A stretch of DNA of 64,000 nt from Chara braunii (lineage: Eukaryota; Plantae; Charophyceae): NCBI GenBank assembly GCA_003427395.1, contig BFEA01000007.1, forward strand, positions 806,746 through 870,745. The letters are read 5' to 3'. The notes under the pieces were generated by a model, which did no database searches, was not told the origin of the DNA, and worked only from the letters and a program-made list of their open reading frames with translations. The position numbers and the translations under genes were made by a program. How positions within the stretch are numbered: position 1 is the first letter of the stretch; each line of letters starts with the position of its first letter. Below are positions 12,528 through 24,704 of this stretch, one piece after another.

Positions 12528-15500
12528 GATGGTCTAGCTCTCTTCTTGTGGCCCAGTCCCCCACTGACCACTTGGATTTGCTCTTCAGAAGGAGTACCCA
12601 TTTCAGAGGGACACTTTCTAGCAGTTTGTCTAGCTGTTCTTTTAGATTGTGAACCCCTTTGAATTTGGATCTGAGGTCTTGCGCGATGGCCCATCTTCTT
12701 TCCTCCGAGATCCATATATGTTCTATTTTCCACACTTCCCTGCTCATCCATTCTCCAATGCATGCCTTTCGCGTTTAAGGACCATGTTTTGCCGTTATGG
12801 TCCCTCATCAGGGGGTTCCCGAATAGCGGCTGCCTCAGAACTTCCTCTCTTATACTTGGGAGTTCTTATCTTTTTCGGGAAGCAATTTCTCCAGAGCTTT
12901 ATTAGTGTGGCCCAGTGCTCACTCGGGGGGTCTTTATCCCTTGTCGTTCTCCCCCTTTCCATCCTTCTTGGGTTCCATCAGGGATTGAGGATCCAATGGT
13001 ATCCTTCTATGGAGGGATCAACTCTGAAAGGTACCAGGTTGCGTACCTGGTGGAGAGCCATTTCATGCCATGGTAGTTCCCTGTTAAAAAGGAGTTTTAT
13101 TATCCACTTGTGTTGTAATGCTTGAAATTGTACAGCCGGGTTCAAAAGACCTAACCCCCCCTGAAGTTTGAGTCTGGTGATGTACTGCCAGACCACTTTG
13201 GAGATGTAATGTTCTTTTTCCGCTTTCCCAGTCCATAGGTAAGATCCTAGTTTCCTTTTGAGGGTTGTGAAAAAACTTGTCGGTGGGTTCCAGAGAGACG
13301 CCACAACCATCCCGTTGACAGGATTGCAGTATCAAGTACTAACACTCTACCCATAAGAGATACATTCGTTGCTTGCCATCCAGGGAGTCTGTTTGTCATT
13401 TTGAGGAGAAGACTAGTCCCTGATATATTATTGGTCCCTTCGGTTGAAATTTGGATGCCGAGAAAACGCATCGGCTGCTGAGTGTCCAACCATTGCAGTC
13501 CCTGGGTGGTTTGGGTTTGTTGGGAAGGATGTGAGGAGGCTAACCACCATCCAACTATTTTATTCCAATTAATTTTCATTTCCATTGCAAGTTGGAAGGC
13601 TTGCATTGCTTTTGTGAGGGTTTGGAACGAGGAGTCAGAGCTCTGATCAGTACTGTTAAGATCATCCGCGAAGAGTGTAGCTGTGGGTACGGGAAAATAC
13701 CTTCCAGCTTGCTGAATAACTAGCCTTTCTATTGATGGGTCCTTGCGAAGGAAGGCTGCTATTGCTTCCATCACGAACAAGAAAATTGGTGCTGCGAGTG
13801 GATCTCCCTGTCTAATGGATCTGGTCATTCTGTATTTTTCTGAAAGGAATCCATTGACCTGTACCATCCCCCTGGCATCCCCGTATAGTATTTTACCCAT
13901 CTTCTGAAGTTTGGTCCTACTCCTATTTTTTCCATACTCTACTGAAGGAAGTCCAGGTTTACCTGATCGTAAGCTTTTTCGAAGTCGAAAAATAATATGG
14001 CTGCTTGTATTTTTTTTATCCCTTATGAATTTAGTGGCCTCGTTCAGGGTTACTACATTGTCGAGAATATATCTTCCTGGAATGAAACCCGTTTGGTTTA
14101 TGTGAAAACATTTGTCTGTGATATTCCTTATTCTGTTAGCTAGGGTTTTAGCTAGTATTTTGTATATTACCGGTAAGAGAGTTATGGGTCTGTAGTTTTT
14201 TATGTCAGCGCGATCACCCTTCTTATATAGCAGAGTGACTACGCCTGTGCTGCAGTCCTCTCCTATAGAGCCTTTAGCGAAGGCCTCTTTGAAAAAATCA
14301 GTAACGGTTTCCCCTACTTGGTGCTAGTTGGCTTGCCAGAACTCTTTTGGGAGCCCGTCCCTGCTTGGGGTTTTATTAGGCTGCATACTCTTGAGGGATT
14401 CAAATAACTCTGCCTTAGTAATATCGCTTTCTAGGGCTTCAGTTGATTCCTGATTGAGACTTTTGTCTAAGTATTTTAAGAATTTCTCCCTTGCTTTTCG
14501 CACATTGCCAGAATTTTCAAGGAAGGATTTAGACGCATATAGGTTTTGATAGAAATCTGACCCTACTTTCAGGAGACCTTCCTGTGAGGTTTGCGTGTTG
14601 CCTAGGGGAATCCCTTAAGGCATGTATTCTGCTGTTCCTGTGACCGACTTTAATCTTTTGGAAGAAGTATTTTGTCATGTTCTCGTTGCATTCCCAATCC
14701 TTTACTCTGGCCCTTATGGCCAAACCCTGTCTTCTCCACTCTGCCTGTTGACTAAGCTCTGTTCGCACCTCTTCGAGAAGTTGTTCGTACAAACTTACTC
14801 CTGGATTGACTATTAGATTAAATTTTGCAATTTCCACCATGACCTTCAGGCTTTGTTGTCTTGCCTTCCTTCTGCTGGCCTCCTTTCTTGAGAAAAGACT
14901 CGCCCAGTGACTTATTTCCTGGATGGTTGGTGGGAGGTCTATTACTAATTCTCCCTCATTTAGTTTCTCCTTCATTTCCTCCCACCTGGCTTTGAATTCT
15001 TGCTTGAATGAATCTAGATTGAGGAGAGAGGTGTTCAGCTTGAAAAAACTTTTCCCGGGAGAATTGTCTAGGGATAGAGCTAGATTTATACCAGTAGGGT
15101 TATGGTCATATCCATTGTAATGGGGAATTTTTCCTATTGTACTGTCTAAGACCGCCCCTTCCAAGAATTTTGATATAAGGAAGAAGTCTATCCTTGAGAA
15201 GGAAGTTCTACCCTGAATTGTTTTCTTGATGTAGGTATAGTTTTTTTTCTCTGGGTTAAGGACCCTATAAGGGTCCTTAAGATTGTTTTGGCTAGCGCCA
15301 CCTCTGCAGGGTCCTGCGAGGTTTGTTCTGCCTATGAGATCCTGTCCAACTGAGAGTTCTGGGTAGTGTTCCAGTCTCCCACTAGAATTGTGTGTTTCTG
15401 TGGGTGGATTAACCTTCCTATCTCTTCGAAAAATATTGTTCTCTCTACCGAGGAATTTGGGACGTATAGATTTACCAAATATAATGTCTTCTCCCTTGAC

Positions 15501-15830
15501 CGTTAACTCTCATTTGGTCCATCTACCACCTATTGAATCCGTTGTCGACGATTCTAATTGCAGATGTTCTGTATTAATGTGATGACGCCTACTGAGGCTG
15601 ATTGTGGGCTATGTGCCGATACTACTGCGGCGCAGTTTTTTAACCTTCCAATGATTTCCCTTTCTACTGTTCTGTGTGTAGGTGTGTTAGGAAGATGTGT
15701 TTCCTGAAGGCAAACCAAGTCCGGGGGATTAGGGCTGTTCCAACCCGTTGTGTTCAGCAAGCAACTCCACTTTTGCGGGTTTGCCAGGATAGTTGCTAAC
15801 CCCCTCACATTCTAGGATTGGATCACCAGG
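12528..15830 (-). pseudogene. LINE ORF2 (APE endonuclease + RT), multiply disrupted and 3'-truncated
   Basis: *NVRGL, VCLQETH, SRIDFFL, YDHNP, IRQGDPLA, FADD, KINWNK, SLMGRVL, GGLGLL across ORFs 15554-15808, 14529-15164, 13247-13900, 12978-13310. Confidence 0.9.
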
Positions 15831-15893
15831 TCCCCCCTTGGTGCCTTTATGGCTTATCGAGAGTGATCTTCCTTTGAAATTTGTGCTATCCTT

Positions 15894-18323
15894 TTATATC
15901 TCAGAGCTACTCCAAGCCTCCTCCTCCAGTGGGGTAAGGAGGGATGGTAGCCTGTTCTCATCCTGCTCCAACACTCCTGAATCGACTAATGTTGCTAGAG
16001 CCACTGCATTCTGAGTCATGGTTGTTTCGCCTCCTAGGGCTGTTACCAGTAATGCCGTCATCCACCACCATGGCCTCCACTGCAGATCTTGGGAGAGTTT
16101 CGTCCCTTGGTCCAACCAGACTATCAACGATCTTGCATCGTGTTGTGCTTGGCCTTTTCCGTCAGATCCTCCAACTGTTTCCGATCGCTCCGTCTCCCCC
16201 TCCTTTTGCAGTTTGCCAGCCAGCCCCATGAAGTTCGTTTCTTTCCTCTTGCTGATCTTTTTCAGCACGTCCTCCCTCTTTTGTCCCAATTGCCATCTGA
16301 TTACCGAGAGGTCTTCGTGCAGTGCTACATTCCATTCCTCTGTTACCGGGTTCCTTTGAACGGGAATTACCGCCCGCGATGGCAATAGAGTACTTGCTTC
16401 CTTTTCGGCCCTCTTCCAGAACTCTTCGTGTGCCTTGTGTTGTAGGTCCTGATCTGTTACTGTGCGGAGGGACATTTCTCGGTTCAGGTCAGCTAGTCGG
16501 CTATTTTGAGCATACAAGGCCTCGACCTGAATGCCCAGTTGCGTGATTGTTGTCATTCCCTTACTCTGCTCCTCTTGCCCCTGATGTTTCCCTTGATCCA
16601 TAAAGAACTGCGAATGTCTGCAATTTGGCAACTTTTTTCCCTTATTTTGATTCTTCTCCTTCAGCATGCCTGAGTTGTTCCCGTCAATTTCCATTTCGTG
16701 ATGTTCTTTGGTTGCAACGTATTTTTCTGCAAACAAGGTTGCCGGTTCCTCCTCCCTTTCCAGCGGAGCGAATGGATTCTCAGACAGAGGGATTAGTTGT
16801 GATGGGTTGGGGATTTTTGCTTTCTGTTTGCTTTTCTGTTCCTCCCGGGGCAGTATCAGTTGAAGCTCAAAATTGTCTTGTCTTAATTTTTCATAGATCT
16901 GAATGTACTCCAGCAGTTCCTTCTCCTGCTTTCCTGACCATGGATAGCCCTCTGACTCCGGATTTCCCTGTTCCTCCTCTCTGTCTTCTCTTTCTTTTTG
17001 ACCTTCACTGTGTTTCCTCTTACCCCCCACCATCGGATTTTCCTCCTCCTCCCCTTCCTTCATCGCTGTGTCCCTTGCACCTTTTTCGGTGTTCTCATCT
17101 GATCCTTCCGCTTCCATTCGCTGCCCCTGGTTGGATTTTCCCTTTCCCTTCTGTGGTCTTCTGGAATACGTTCTCTGCTTGGTTTGTTCCCCCCTTGCCT
17201 TTTCCTCTTCCTGGTAACGCTTGACAACATCCACCCACTCTCTTTCCGTGGTTTCTTGCACTGTTTGCAGGTCTGTTCGTAGGTCTTTCTCCCAAATCTT
17301 TTGCTTCAGTGTGTTCACGTGTATCACTGGGTCCTTTGTGAAGCATTTAGGTGGTTTTCTTTCAATTTTGAGCGTTTGCCACCTGCTGTCGAAAGGCGGG
17401 TAAACATTTGGTCTGGGTGTCGGCTCACCATTGATGGTCCAGACCCAGCCCGGTGTATCCAGGTTGTCATTGAACATCCAGCCTGCGTACTGCATATCTG
17501 GAATGTACCAATACCCCTTTTTGTTCGCTACTTCCAGTAGGTTCGCAGTTTTGAGTGGTTTGGGCTTTGCGTTTTCGCTTGTTTTCGGGCAGTTGACGTC
17601 TGTCCCCAGGTGACCCCTTCGTCTGCACTTGAAACATAGAGGGTTGGTTTTGCTTGATATTGTTATCCTGATGATTTTGTTTTCATGCGAAAAAAAACAT
17701 TCATCTGGAGTGAAGGGTACTGAGCTGTGGGGTTAGAAAATCCGGGGTCGAAACGATCCAATGCGTTTCCTTAAATTGACCGTATTCCATTTTGACCCTC
17801 TCTTTTATACTATCGTGCATTCCCTCAGGTACATTGTCGAATTGAATCCAAAAATGTTTTTTGATTAATTCTTGTCTGTACCTGAAAGTCGTTTGCTGGT
17901 AATTTGCCGCTTGTTTCCATGGATGAACTGTGACCACTGACGAGTTACAGGTGAAACACTTGTTTTTCAAAAACGCAGCAAGAGCTTCCTCCATACACAA
18001 GACCATGATAACGTTTCTTGATCTCGTTTGGAACGACACTTTTGGTTCTTGCCCCTAAATTGGTTCCGGCGACTTCAGTTTTTCCCAGATCCATTTCAAT
18101 TTGGCTTGTCTGTCCAATTCCTGGCTTTTTTTGGAAAAGGTGAAAAGCTCTGCGTGTTTCTTGTGGAGTTCTTCTTGCTTGGACGTCAGTTCCTTCAAAC
18201 ATTCATAGACCACCATTTCTTCTCTTTATTCCCGCCGTGGTCGATGCATTTGGTGGTTTTGACCAGTGTCGTTCTAGTCTGCTCCGCGAGCCAGTTTTGT
18301 GTTTCGATTCCCATTCCCTCCAT
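15894..18323 (-). pseudogene. LINE ORF1, frameshifted, with CX2CX4HX6C knuckle
   Basis: FWIQFDNVP region (17701-18039); CFKCRRRGHLGTDVNC at ~17590-17640; 533-aa ORF 15894-17495 immediately upstream of ORF2. Confidence 0.75.
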
Positions 18324-18953
18324 TGCTCTGTCTGACAGCTTTTCGCACACTCACGAAATAAGTAACTAAGTGTATGCATGGATGGGTGGGGGGATGGGAG
18401 GAAGGGGGGGAGGGTGGGTTGGTGGATGGTTGGCCGGAGTTACGAGGAGAGAGGGAACGGGGGATGTCTAATTAGGTGGAAGGGGGAGCGCCAGTGTGGG
18501 ATCAGGGTGGGGGTGAGGTGGGATCAGGGGTGTCTGTCCAATTCCTGGCTTTTTTTGGAAAAGGTGAAAAGCACTGCGTGTTTCTTGTGGATTTCTTCTT
18601 GCTTGGACGTCAGTTCCTTCAGACATTCATAGACCACCATTTCTTCTCTTTATTCCCGCCGTGGTCGATGCATTTGGTGGTTTTGACCAGTGTCGTTCTC
18701 GTCTGCTCCGCGAGCCAGTTTTGTGTTTCGATTCCCATTCCCTCCATTGCTCTGTTTGACAGCTTTTCGCACACTCACAAAATAAGTAACTAAGTGTATG
18801 CATGGATGGGTGGGGGGATGGGAGGAAGGGGGGGAGGTTGGGTTGGTGGATGGTTGGCCGTAGTTACGAGGAAAGAGGGAACGGGGGATGTCTAATTAGG
18901 TGGAAGGGGGAGCACCAGTGTGGGATCAGGGTGGGGGTGAGGTGGGATCAGGG
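18107..18953. repeat. 424-bp tandem duplication spanning the ORF1 start and proximal 5' UTR
   Basis: Near-identical copies begin at 18107 and 18531. Confidence 0.92.
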
Positions 18954-20550
18954 AGATAAGTTGTTGGGCAGTCGGGCCAGCGCCGGGGTGGGATCAAGGT
19001 GGGTGCAGGATGGGATCCGACGGATGGTAACGGGACAGGCGTGGAGTGGGGTCGGGGGCAGAGATGGGTTCTGGCTCGAGATGGAGTTGGACCGGAGACG
19101 GGGGTGGAGTGGAGACCGGATGATTGTGGAAAGGGTTCGGAGCTGGGGATGTGGAAGGTTCAGTCCAGAGCAGGATAAGGACGGTTCGAAGTGCAAGCAG
19201 GGTCGGGACCGGGATTGAGATGGAGGCGGGGCAAAGTGTGGGGCGGCGAGGGATCAGTGTTGGGGCGGGGCGGGGTTGGGATGGATGGGGCGACGAAATC
19301 TGCGATCGGGGAGGAGTCTTCGGCAACGGGATGGACTAGGATCGGAGTTGAGGAATGCTCTGACTAGGACTAGGGTGGGAGCGAAAAGGGAACGTGATGG
19401 GAGTGGAGAGGGATCGGGTTGGGGATGGAAAGGGATCGAGGTAGAACGGGAAGGGATCGACTTGGGTGTGAGGGGGGATCAGGGTGGGTGCGGGGAGGGG
19501 TCGGGATGGATAGGGCGATGGGATCTGCGACGGAGGACTCCTCCTCGGCTATGGGATGGACAAGGATCGGGGTTGAGGAGCGCTCTGTTTAGGGCCAAGA
19601 TGGGAACGGAAGGGGAAGGGAAGGGGAACGTGGTGGGAGTTGAGAGGGATCAGATTGGGGACGGAGAGGGATCGGGGTAGGAACTGGGGGGGATCGATTT
19701 GGGTGTGGGGAGGGATCGGGGGTGGGCGTGGGGAGGGATCGGGGTGGGTGATGAGAGGGATCGGGCTGGACGAGTGGAGGGATCGCGGTGGGAGTGGAGA
19801 TGAATCTGGGTGTGCGCAGGGAGGACACGGAACGGGATCGGGGCGGTGGGGGATGTCGGGTTGGAAGTCGGGCGTCGGGTATACGTCGGGTCTGGGCGCG
19901 GGGAGGGATCGGGGTGGGTGATGAGAGGGATCGGGTTGGGCGAGGGGAGGGATCGAGGTGGGCGCGGAAATGGATCAGGGTGTGCGCAGGGAGAACATGG
20001 AATGCGGTCGGGGCGGTGGGGGATGTCGGGTTGGAAGTCGGGCGCCGGGTAAACGTCGGGTCGGGGTGGTGGCTATCTGGGAGACAAGGGGGCGGAGGAG
20101 GAGAGCGGGTGGCAATACGTGGGAACGACTATGCCACGCTCTTTGTCTGGATGGGATAGTGTCTGACCAGGAATGGGCAGTAGCGGCTAGGGTGGGGGAG
20201 GGCGGGTGAGTGTCAGACCAGGAATGGGCAGTAGCGGGTAGGGTGGAGGAGGAGAGNGGATGGCAATACGTGGGAACGACTATGCCACGCTCTTTGTTTG
20301 GATGGGATAGTGTCTGACCAGGGACGGGATGGGCTTCGGGATCAGATGGGGATATTTCAGGCTTCAGGATCTGGGATTCATAATCGAGTGTGGGTTAAGG
20401 GGAGGGTGGGGGAGGGCGACACGTCAGGAGAAGAAGAAGGGGAAGAAGAAGAAGCGAGAGACAAGAGAGGAAACTAGTGGAGAAAAAGAAGAGGGAGAGG
20501 GGGAAGACGGGGAGAGAAAAAGGAGAGTGGGGGCGGAACGAGAAGAAAGG
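18954..20550 (-). repeat. Strand-asymmetric G-rich LINE 5' UTR region with internal repeats
   Basis: Recurrent GGGATCGGG motifs; ~170-bp duplication (~19730-19900 / ~19902-20068) and ~135-bp duplication (~20105-20320). Confidence 0.6.
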
Positions 20551-21710
20551 TGACGGAGAAATTAGTAGGCAAGATGACTTCGATTACTTATCCACTTGGC
20601 GAAAATGTCGGCAATGGCTGTGATGCCAAGACACAGCTGCAAAGGTAGCTTGCAAGGCAATGGTGGCGTGGTGCGACGGTGGTGGACGTGCTGGTGACCG
20701 GGAGGCCACAACCCAATGGGGACAATCGTGGTACCCGCTGGATTCCGATGTCGCCTGGGAATCTTCTTGGTGTGTGTCTGGCAGTATTTGCTCGAGTCGA
20801 TCGGGGTCGATGGTCTTCAAAAGGGCTTTCGCCTTTCTGTTCAGTGTCGGGGTTGCCGCAGCCGCTCTTGATATGCTGAGAAAGTCTTTTAATTGAACAA
20901 GACCAACGGACGCCTGTGTGTCACGTGCTTACTGCCCGATTGGCCATCGTGACTATGGTCGCCCGGGTTTCGTTCGACATGCAGTGGGTTCGTGAGTTCC
21001 CTCAGAGGATATGCGTTGTTTTCTCCTTCCTACCACCTTTCCCTACCTTCGCCTTTCATAGCCACGCCCGAAGGAGTGGCGGGGTGTCGTTGGAGCTCCC
21101 TCTCCTTCACCTTCACCTTGCCTGAGTCGTCTGGAGATGGCGCGCGCCTGGAAACGCGCGCGAAGGCGACGACTCGTGGCGTCACCAAACAGCTCGGGTG
21201 CCGCGACCAGCGCAGGGTTGTGTGAGTGTGTGTGTAGCGCTAACCGAGCGGCGCTAGGCGCAAAACCGGCCTGAACTTCGTGTACATCCTCCCAAGACAA
21301 ATCTAGAGATCGCAGCAAGGTCACTCCTAAAGGCAGCGTTCTTCCACATTTTAATGGCTGAACTCACATGCACTGTTCAGTGTTTTCCACTTCCTTGCCG
21401 TCATTGCAGATTGCTTCCTTGTTAGGAAGAATTGACTACCAGCGAAATCGACACCTTCAGCATATTCCCCAGCCAAAATGCTTCCTACTTGAGCAATATA
21501 TCCTCCACCCGCCCTCCCCTCCCCCCCTGGCCCCAACCCTTGACAAGGAAGTTGGACGGACAATAAGCTGATGGCATTAATTATTCCCCTTTCTGAACGG
21601 ACTGACTGCCAGCAAAATTGACGGTCCTCTGCATCAATGCTTCCCTCAGCCTACGCTGCAAAGAAACCCCCAAAAAATCCTCACAGACAGTCCAGGGTCG
21701 TAAAGTTTGG

Positions 21711-22938
21711 TGCAAGGCCAGCTTCAAAAGTCGCGTCTCCTGCCCCAGAAGGATCTCAGAAAAGTCCTTTGGTCAACAGGTACAGGGTCAAGGGTCAAAC
21801 GATGCAACCCATGTCCCTATCTTCTTCCCCCGAAAACAACGTATGGTCATTTTCGCTGCATCTGGACTGAAACGTGAGCCAAATACGGCTATAATGACTG
21901 TATGTTCTATTCGGGGGAAGATGGTAGGAAGAGGCAGTTGACTTCAGGAAAATCAGGAGTCAGGTCCAACTCAGGAGAACCAGCCAAAGAGTCAGAGACT
22001 TCTCAGGGGTCAATCACGGCCATAGATCTGATGCACATCAAAGGCTGCCTGCATTGTTCCAGAAGTTTCCAAGGCCAAACGGGTCCAGGCACACACAAAT
22101 CTGGGCCATCCAGATCAGGAAATCTCAGCCATACGAGGAGGCAAACTGAGGCAGACCAAGGCCAGCCAAGACTACGAAAGAGTTGCATGCCCCAGTTGGC
22201 TCGTTCATTCAGCCTTGCGCTGCTGGAGGCTGGATCACTGCTCCACTTAGCGCCAGAGGAGCTAGGAGAGTCTGGGGCTAGAGAGGAAGAAGACAGCGCC
22301 AGCCACGAGAGACGAGAGAGACAACACACATAGCTTTAGTATAGAGGAAGAGTGACCTTGAGGCAGATGCACACAGTATAGCAGCCCAGCTAGTCGACAC
22401 CCGATGGACGGGGGAGAGAAGAAGAAAGAAGAAGAAGAAGAAGAAGAAGAAGAAGAGAGCAAGGAAGATTGCGCGTGCTCAGGAGGTCAAAAAAAGTGCA
22501 ACCACAGCAGGCTCCGTCCAGTGTTCGGCACGTCCGAGAAGAATGCTGCCGTTGTCGCAGCGCTTTCCACCGAAGGGCAGCGGGGTAACAGTCCGTTGCT
22601 TCGGCATAGGCGCTTCGACACCGCAGCGTTTGAGGTTGCTGACATCAACCTTCCGAGTTAAATAGTAAAGATCACCGTTAGCATTCACTCCGAAAAGTTC
22701 TGGAAGGTCGTATTCCCATTCCACTCGGGAATTAGGTACCATGGTACTGCAGGCCCAGGGGCTGTTTCTCGGCCTCAAGGGTACCACGGGATTCTGGGTA
22801 TTCCAAGCCCATTTTCCGGATGATCACCAAGTCCGACCGATGCTTTTTGTGTGTGCGTGCGATTTTATCAGTAGTGTTTTAGGCTATAATCCATCTATGT
22901 AAAAAAGTTGTACAAATATATAATTATTGGAAAAAAAT

Positions 22939-23005
<67 letters not shown>

Positions 23006-23236
23006 TTTGAATTTTCACCACAACAGCCCCTATTCCACTCAGATAAGCAGACCCAAAATCAAAGCATATTCAATCCTATTACAGATAACCAAAGCCCTTG
23101 AGTTGAGACAATCCAACAATGAAACAGTTTCACCTCCATAGCAAGCAAAATGAAGTACGATAGAGGTATGTAAACCCCTTTCTTAATTGTGTTCACGTTT
23201 GCTTTCTTCGGGGTATCCCTTTCATTTGTTCTTGCA
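21711..23236 (-). mobile_element. Candidate 3' LTR of an otherwise deleted LTR element (left boundary tentative)
   Basis: Minus-strand PPT-like AAAGGGGGAGC (23237-23247) directly followed by TGCAAG, the same start as the 3' LTR of element D; possible CTTGCA end at 21711-21716. Confidence 0.3.
22941..23003. repeat. (TG)n microsatellite
   Basis: Perfect dinucleotide run; a (GAA)n run lies at ~22416-22455. Confidence 0.95.
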
Positions 23237-23489
23237 GCTCCCCCTTTACCGTGCCTCTCATGCACACCACGTTGATTGTGGTTGAGTGTGAGCTGCCCAC
23301 ATCCCCGTGTGCCATAACGGCCCACTTGTACACTATGAAAGGAGGCAGAGCAAAGGCGGAGGTATAATCCTGTTCATTTCTTCTCAGATCTTCAACTTAC
23401 ATTTTGTCTGTTCTCTTAATGATGCTCATTCATATGTCTTACTAGTAATACAGAAGACGGAGGGAGGGAGGAAATGGGAGGTGGAGTTC

Positions 23490-23624
23490 TAACAGGGTTC
23501 TAAACAGTGACCGCTGGGGCAGTTAACAGGGTTCTAAACAGTGACCATTGGGGCAGCTAACAGGGTTCTAAACAGTGACCGCTGGGGCAGCTAACAGGGT
23601 TCTAAACAGTGACCGCTGGGGCAG
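23490..23624. repeat. 34-bp minisatellite, 4 copies
   Basis: TAACAGGGTTCTAAACAGTGACCGCTGGGGCAGY head to tail, no spacers. Confidence 0.93.
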
Positions 23625-23706
23625 ACCACTCTAGAATGGCACATGAGGCCAGTCACTGTGTGGGTTGCATAAGATTTGAGGTGCAATCGTTGCCTATGGT
23701 AAGTGC

Positions 23707-24600
23707 CTATGGTAAGTGGACACCTCTACAGACCGGGCAGGACCCGTTTGGGTGTGTCCTGTGGAAGCACTGCATCCAGTTCTCACAGTCACAGTTACTG
23801 CATCGAATGGCATTATGTAGACAGATGTCACAGGCTACGTGGCTCCTACATGCTTCCAGTTCTCACAGTCACAGTTACTGCATCGAATGGCATTATGTAG
23901 ACAGATGTCACAGGCTACGTGGCTCCTACATGCTAGGAACACAGAGGCACGTCGCCCGCAATTGTAGAGGCATTGCCGTTCCAGCCCCTGTCTACAAATT
24001 GGAAATGACATGTCAGGCTGCCATACATGAGTGCAGTGTAGGCTGTCATCATACGTATGAAGACAAAAGCTCACCGGGCTATCCCGTCATAATCCTCACG
24101 GCATAAGGCATGCGAACCACATGCTAGCTGAATCTCCAGTGGGTCATCACAAAGCAGCATGGAGCAACTCTCTTGGGTTTCCTCAATATTTATTCCCTCT
24201 CTATGGGTAGACGACGACGGGGAAGATTGATTCAAAGCAAGGGTGTTTAGCTGCTGCAGAATTTGGGATGCAACAGCTGGCCCTGGTGGAGACAACCTAT
24301 CAGTACAGTGCTCTGTAGGTGATTCATATGGTAATCTATTTTCCTCCTCAGGCTTCTATGACTATCGTCCGTCAGGCAAGGAAAAAGGAATTCTGACTGC
24401 GGTTGCAGTAGGTGTATGACCAACACTGCATGTGGGACATGCTAGGAGAGAATGTGGCGGACGATGGCACTGGCGATAGTCCACACAGTAGAGACACATA
24501 CTTTTGATGACAGCTTCCTTGAAACATTGATGACATGGCATGTTGCTGACATGTCATCAGTAAAGAAGGCTGACGTGTGCAATTATTCAAGCATGGCAGA
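23707..24600 (-). pseudogene. Intronless triple RING-like zinc-finger gene remnant
   Basis: After frameshift repair, three units with C-x3/4-C-x9-C-x2-H-x2-C-x2-C(D)...C(F)-P-x-C: CLNNC...CPTC, CSMLLC...FPIC, CLYNC...CPVC. Confidence 0.7.
23771..23934. repeat. 80-bp tandem duplication disrupting RING unit 3
   Basis: Copies at 23771 and 23851. Confidence 0.93.
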
Positions 24601-24704
24601 TAAAGGCCAGAAGGGCTTGCTGGGCAAGTAATCAAGGGGTGGGGGGGATGAGCCACTCTGGCGAAATTGGTTTACGATGTGGCGGCGCTTCGCGCCTTGT
24701 GGCT

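Noticed and set aside
23490-23624. CRISPR-like array (34-bp repeats)
   Set aside because: Repeats are head to tail with no unique spacers; no cas genes; eukaryotic context
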